Origin: Nitrospirota bacterium
GTDB taxonomy: Bacteria > Nitrospirota > JACRHJ01
Length of the DNA stretch: 64,000 nucleotides
Direction of reading: 5' to 3'
Assembly: GCA_021789495.1 (NCBI GenBank)
Contig: JAJYJM010000002.1
Coordinates: 26,399 to 90,398 of the forward strand
Part shown: one piece after another, positions 60,141-64,000 of the stretch
Numbering within the stretch: position 1 is the stretch's first letter
How the letters are laid out: every line of letters starts with the position of its first letter
Notes under the pieces: generated by a model
Databases searched by the model: none
Told to the model about the DNA's origin: nothing
Seen by the model: the letters and a program-made list of their open reading frames with translations, nothing else
Program-made: the position numbers and the translations under genes

Positions 60141-62039
60141 ATGGCAAACGAACAACCATCCAGAGGGACATTGGGCCTTACCGGCCTTACGATTAACGCG
60201 ATGGCCCTGATTGCGCCCGGCGCATTTCTGTGGCTGACATTCCAGATGCAGTCGCTCTACGGCGCGCCGATGGCCGGCATGTCCATGTGGGCCGGCATTC
60301 TGTTCGCGCTTCTTCTTTGCCTGGCAACGGCATACAGCTACGCCGAACTGGCGAAGCTCTATCCCGGCCCCGGTTCGTCATATCTATACGCGGAGCAGGC
60401 GTATCTTTCAAAGACTAACGCATACAAGTTCGCCCGCATAGCGAAGTTCTTCACAGGCTGGGCGAGCCACCTGTATTACTGGGTGTATCCGGGGGTGATG
60501 GTCGGCGTCACGGCCATTCTGGGCGGATTCCTCTTGAACCAGTTCTGGCCCGATACCTTCAGCGGCACGTATAACAGCCCGCTCTTCATGTACCTCTTCT
60601 GCATCGTGTTCGCCTTCGGCGTCGCGTATATAGCCTTCCGGGGTGTAACCGGCACGACAGCCGTCAACATGGCAATAAACGTCATCCAGATCTCCGCGCT
60701 TATAGTCTTCTCCGTCATAGCCATCGGCTACAGGATGGAGCACCCACAGGGCTCGGTCGGCTATCACTTAAGTAACGGCATAGCCGTGAACTACCAGGTC
60801 GCGCAGGTGCCGGTGAAGGACGACAAGGGGAACCCAATGCCGGCACTGGACGCCAACAACAAGCCGACCTTCGACAAGGCCGGGAAGCCCGTATACCAGA
60901 TGCAGGACGGGACGGACGCGAACGGCAATCCATTGCCTGCGGATGCAAACGGAAACCCGGTCAAGGACGCCAAGCTCGCGGCGCCGTTCACGGTGGATTA
61001 TTCAGCGGCGGGTGCGGTAACGAAGGACGCCAACGGCAATGCGACTTTCAACTACCACACCTCCGCCAAGTCGGTCATAATGCCGCACAGCTTCAACTTT
61101 GTCTTCATACAGGCGGCCATCGCGATTCTCATCCTGGTCGGCTTCGAGTCCGTCACGGCCATGGGCGAGGAGGCGAAGCATCCGAAAAGGGACATCCCAA
61201 GGGCGGTGCTTCTTTCCCTGGTAATCCAGGGCGCGATATGCTACATGTTCGAGTACTTCGCAGCGAACTACCTCCTGCATAACGGCTACACCATGCCTAT
61301 GGCGGGGGCGTCCGGCGCGCCGCTCGGCGACATGATGGTCATTACCGGCACGTGGCTCTTCGGGAGCTACGCCGCAGGCAGGGCCTTCATGCTGGTGCAG
61401 GCGTTCACGGTGTTCCTGGCCCTCATCGGGACTACGCTCTCCTGCCTCTCCACTGGCGCGCGCGTCACGTACGCTATGGGCAAGGACGAAGAGCTCGGCT
61501 CCCACTTCGGAATGCTCCACGGCAAGACGGCGTCCCCCTACAAGGCGATATGGACACTTGCCGCCATTTCCGCAGTTATCGGCATAATCTCCGTTACGGT
61601 ATACCTGGGCGGCACGACACCGGCGGCGCTGGACAAGCACAACTTCTGGTACAGCTTCGGTATTTTCTCGCCCGCGGCATACGCAAAGCTCCCGAACACA
61701 CTGCTCATCATGACGCTTGTCAGCAACTTCGGGACCTTCGTGCTCTACATGTTCACCTGCTGGATCGCGATGGTTGCCTTCAAGGAACACCACAGCTTCA
61801 ATACCATAAAACACGTGGTCATCCCGGTACTGGGACTCCTGGCGAACCTGGTAATCATGCTCTTCTATCTCATCGGGCCGTTTACGGTGGCCGGGATGAG
61901 CTGGAAAGAGCCGTTCATCGCGCTCGGCATATGCCTCGCCTGGGGGATCTATGGTGTGATATACTTCCTGAAGTCCAGCAAGGAAAAGGGCAAGGAGGTA
62001 TTCCTGACCAGCAAGCCGGTTGCATCGAACGTTGGGTAG
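60141..62039 (+). CDS. APC-family amino acid/amine permease with repeat-rich extracytoplasmic insertion
   Basis: YAELAKLYPGPGSSY.Y, GFES...GEEAKHPKRDIP and ARV.YAMG.D. Confidence 0.88.
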   Translation: MANEQPSRGTLGLTGLTINAMALIAPGAFLWLTFQMQSLYGAPMAGMSMWAGILFALLLCLATAYSYAELAKLYPGPGSSYLYAEQAYLSKTNAYKFARIAKFFTGWASHLYYWVYPGVMVGVTAILGGFLLNQFWPDTFSGTYNSPLFMYLFCIVFAFGVAYIAFRGVTGTTAVNMAINVIQISALIVFSVIAIGYRMEHPQGSVGYHLSNGIAVNYQVAQVPVKDDKGNPMPALDANNKPTFDKAGKPVYQMQDGTDANGNPLPADANGNPVKDAKLAAPFTVDYSAAGAVTKDANGNATFNYHTSAKSVIMPHSFNFVFIQAAIAILILVGFESVTAMGEEAKHPKRDIPRAVLLSLVIQGAICYMFEYFAANYLLHNGYTMPMAGASGAPLGDMMVITGTWLFGSYAAGRAFMLVQAFTVFLALIGTTLSCLSTGARVTYAMGKDEELGSHFGMLHGKTASPYKAIWTLAAISAVIGIISVTVYLGGTTPAALDKHNFWYSFGIFSPAAYAKLPNTLLIMTLVSNFGTFVLYMFTCWIAMVAFKEHHSFNTIKHVVIPVLGLLANLVIMLFYLIGPFTVAGMSWKEPFIALGICLAWGIYGVIYFLKSSKEKGKEVFLTSKPVASNVG

Positions 62040-62044
62040 GGGAT

Positions 62045-62117
62045 AAAAAAGCTTGGGGCCGCGCCGCTCTTCGATAATGTTTTCAGAGAGTTATCGCGGT
62101 GCGGCCCTTGTTTTTAA
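62045..62117. terminator. Probable bidirectional terminator between convergent genes
   Basis: An A-run, GGGGCCGCGCCGC...GCGGTGCGGCCC, then a T-run. Confidence 0.55.
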
Positions 62118-62118
62118 A

Positions 62119-63147
62119 TTACGCAAGCTCGGCTAAGTCGCGGACGAGCCGCTCCGAATCCTCCCAGCCGAGGCAGGGGTCCGTTATAGACCTGCCGTAG
62201 ACGTTTTCCCCGATTTTCTGAGACCCCTCGACGAGATAGCTCTCGATCATAAGCCCCTTTACCCTGTTTCGGAGCGTCTTTGAGGCCGCGCGGCTTTGCA
62301 TGACTTCCCTGGCAATCCTCGGCTGCTCATGGAAAATCTTGTTTGAATTCGCATGGTTGGTATCGACTATTATCGCCGGGAATTGCAGGTTCCGCTTCTT
62401 GTAAACCTCGGAGAGGCGCACGAGGTTTTCGTAGTGGTAGTTTGGGATGCTTGCGCCGTGCTGGTCAACCGCGCCCCTTAAAATACAATGGGTTAGCGGG
62501 TTTCCGGAGGTCTTAACCTCCCAGCCGTTGTATACCAGGACGTGCGGGAGCTGGGCCGCGTTCACGGAGTTTAACATGACCTCCATGTCGCCGTTCGTCG
62601 GGTTCTTCATCCCGGCGGGAACGCTTATTCCGCTTACGGTTAGGCGATGCAGCTGGTTTTCGACCGAGCGCGCGCCGACGGCGACATAGCCCAAAATATC
62701 CTCGATATACGCGTAGTTTTCGGGATAAAGCATCTCGTCCGCAGCGGTCAGGTGCGCCTCCTTCATGGCCCGTATGTGCATTTTCCTTATTGCTTTCAAG
62801 CCCTTGACCATGTTCGGCGCCTCGGTCGGCGTCGGCTGGTGGGCCATGCCCTTGTAGCCCTCGCCGGTGGTGCGGGGCTTGTTCGTGTAAATCCTTGGGA
62901 TCAATACTATTTTATCCTGCACCTCGTCCTGGAGGGCGGCGAGCTTCGAGACATACTCTATCAGCGCGTCCTCGTTGTCTGCGGAGCAAGGTCCTATAAT
63001 TACAAGGAATTTCTCGCTTGCGCCGTTTATTACGGCGGTAATCTCGCGGTCGCGCGCGGCCTTGACATCCGCCAGCTTCTCCGGGAGCGGCATGGTATCG
63101 AGTATTTCTTCTACGGACGGCATTTTTCTTACGCGTTGAAAGCTCAT
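62119..63147 (-). CDS. 3-deoxy-7-phosphoheptulonate (DAHP) synthase, class I
   Basis: IGPCS, KPRTTG.GYKG, VGARS..QLHR, GMKN, ILRG, D.NHANS, G.MIES and SITDPC. Start MSFQRV follows GAGG. Confidence 0.93.
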   Translation of the reverse strand: MSFQRVRKMPSVEEILDTMPLPEKLADVKAARDREITAVINGASEKFLVIIGPCSADNEDALIEYVSKLAALQDEVQDKIVLIPRIYTNKPRTTGEGYKGMAHQPTPTEAPNMVKGLKAIRKMHIRAMKEAHLTAADEMLYPENYAYIEDILGYVAVGARSVENQLHRLTVSGISVPAGMKNPTNGDMEVMLNSVNAAQLPHVLVYNGWEVKTSGNPLTHCILRGAVDQHGASIPNYHYENLVRLSEVYKKRNLQFPAIIVDTNHANSNKIFHEQPRIAREVMQSRAASKTLRNRVKGLMIESYLVEGSQKIGENVYGRSITDPCLGWEDSERLVRDLAELA

Positions 63148-63412
63148 CTCTTTACCTCGCGGATTTAAAAAACGGAATACACAGGGCAGGAATATCTTAT
63201 AGATTAAGGGCTTTGAGGTCAATAGCAAATTTATACGCGGGGCGCCTGCCGTCGCTATAACGTCTTTCAGTCCTTCGCTGCAATGAATTGCGCCCCCGCC
63301 AATGACAGGCGGGCATTTCTTACCTTTTCGGTCGGCTTGGTATTCATATTTAAAACGATAGCAGAGCGCAGTAATTTTGTCAGTCAGGCCAGTTTTATGA
63401 TAATATCGTGCA

Positions 63413-64000
63413 ATGAAAAAACATACGGTCGTCTTCGAGCCTGCCGGCGCAAGGTGTGAGATAAACGACGGCGCGACGCTGCTCGAAGCGGCGGCGAGGG
63501 CGGGCGTAGGCTTGGGCAGCATCTGCGGCGGGAGCGGCATCTGCGGCAAGTGCAGGGTCACAGTAAAAGCAGGGATGTCCAGCTTAAGCGGATATACGGA
63601 TGCGGAAAGGGAATTTATTAAACAAGCCGAAGTCGGCCTGCGGCTCGCCTGCGAGTGCCGCATATACGGAGACGTGACGGTGCGCGTGCCGCCGCAGGAC
63701 ATGGTTTCGAGAAAAGCCGCGCGGAAAGTCTCGGTAAACCTCGACCCGGCCGTCAGGAAATATTCCGTGAAGATTGCCCCGCCTTCAATGCAGGACATGG
63801 GCAAAGGCGACCGGGAGCGCGTCATGGAAGCCCTCGCGGCGCAGCATGGGCTTTCCGGGTTGTCGCTGGATTTTCACGTCCTGAAGGGACTCCAGAAAAC
63901 CATCAGGGATGCTCGCGGGGATGTCACGGCGTCGGTATGGATGGGAAGGGAGATAATAAGACTTGAGCCTTCCGTCTCCGGCGCCGCTTACGGCCTTGCC
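63413..64000 (+). CDS. ASKHA-domain 2Fe-2S protein (RACo/RamA-like corrinoid reductive activator), partial
   Basis: Manual translation gives MKKHTVVFEPAG...TLLEAA...SICGGSGICGKC...RLAC...P...D.ER...YGLA, which is the entry into the ASKHA domain. Runs off the window end. Confidence 0.8.
   Translation, partial: MKKHTVVFEPAGARCEINDGATLLEAAARAGVGLGSICGGSGICGKCRVTVKAGMSSLSGYTDAEREFIKQAEVGLRLACECRIYGDVTVRVPPQDMVSRKAARKVSVNLDPAVRKYSVKIAPPSMQDMGKGDRERVMEALAAQHGLSGLSLDFHVLKGLQKTIRDARGDVTASVWMGREIIRLEPSVSGAAYGLA

Noticed and set aside
63148-63825. N-terminal extension of the 568-aa DAHP synthase ORF
   Set aside because: It overlaps the divergent ASKHA gene, and the real start with an RBS is at 63147.

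Overview
This is a GC-rich bacterial chromosomal window that is mostly housekeeping. The gene order trmFO-xerC-hslVU-argB, yqeY-mutS2-dnaG-rpoD and ahbD-hemE-hemH suggests Nitrospirota or a deltaproteobacterial-like lineage (inference). The left part holds a partial DNA methyltransferase, purE, an AddAB-like helicase-nuclease pair, gap-pgk, a complete caa3-type (A2) cytochrome c oxidase operon and two CgeB-like glycosyltransferases. The middle holds a KimA-like K+ transporter under a c-di-AMP riboswitch, and an ECF sigma/anti-sigma/DUF3106 cluster with two matching ECF promoters, one preceding an exported Lys-rich Asr-like protein. The right part holds a heme operon interrupted by a DUF4258/DUF2283 TA-like pair, a pentose phosphate operon, a sigma54-type porin-Amt-APC nitrogen operon, DAHP synthase and a partial ASKHA/2Fe-2S corrinoid activator. 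The most unusual signal is a dispersed 16-nt quasi-palindromic motif, GAAGCCGGTCT[G/A]CCGG. It sits on both strands, in different reading frames, inside likely variable loops of AddB, AddA, DnaG, XerC, DciA, HslU, HemH and DUF1015, and inside the riboswitch P2 stem. Other notable items are a ~150-bp dispersed intergenic element, REP-like half elements and an Amt whose Phe gate is replaced by Leu. All calls were made by eye; no database searches were run.
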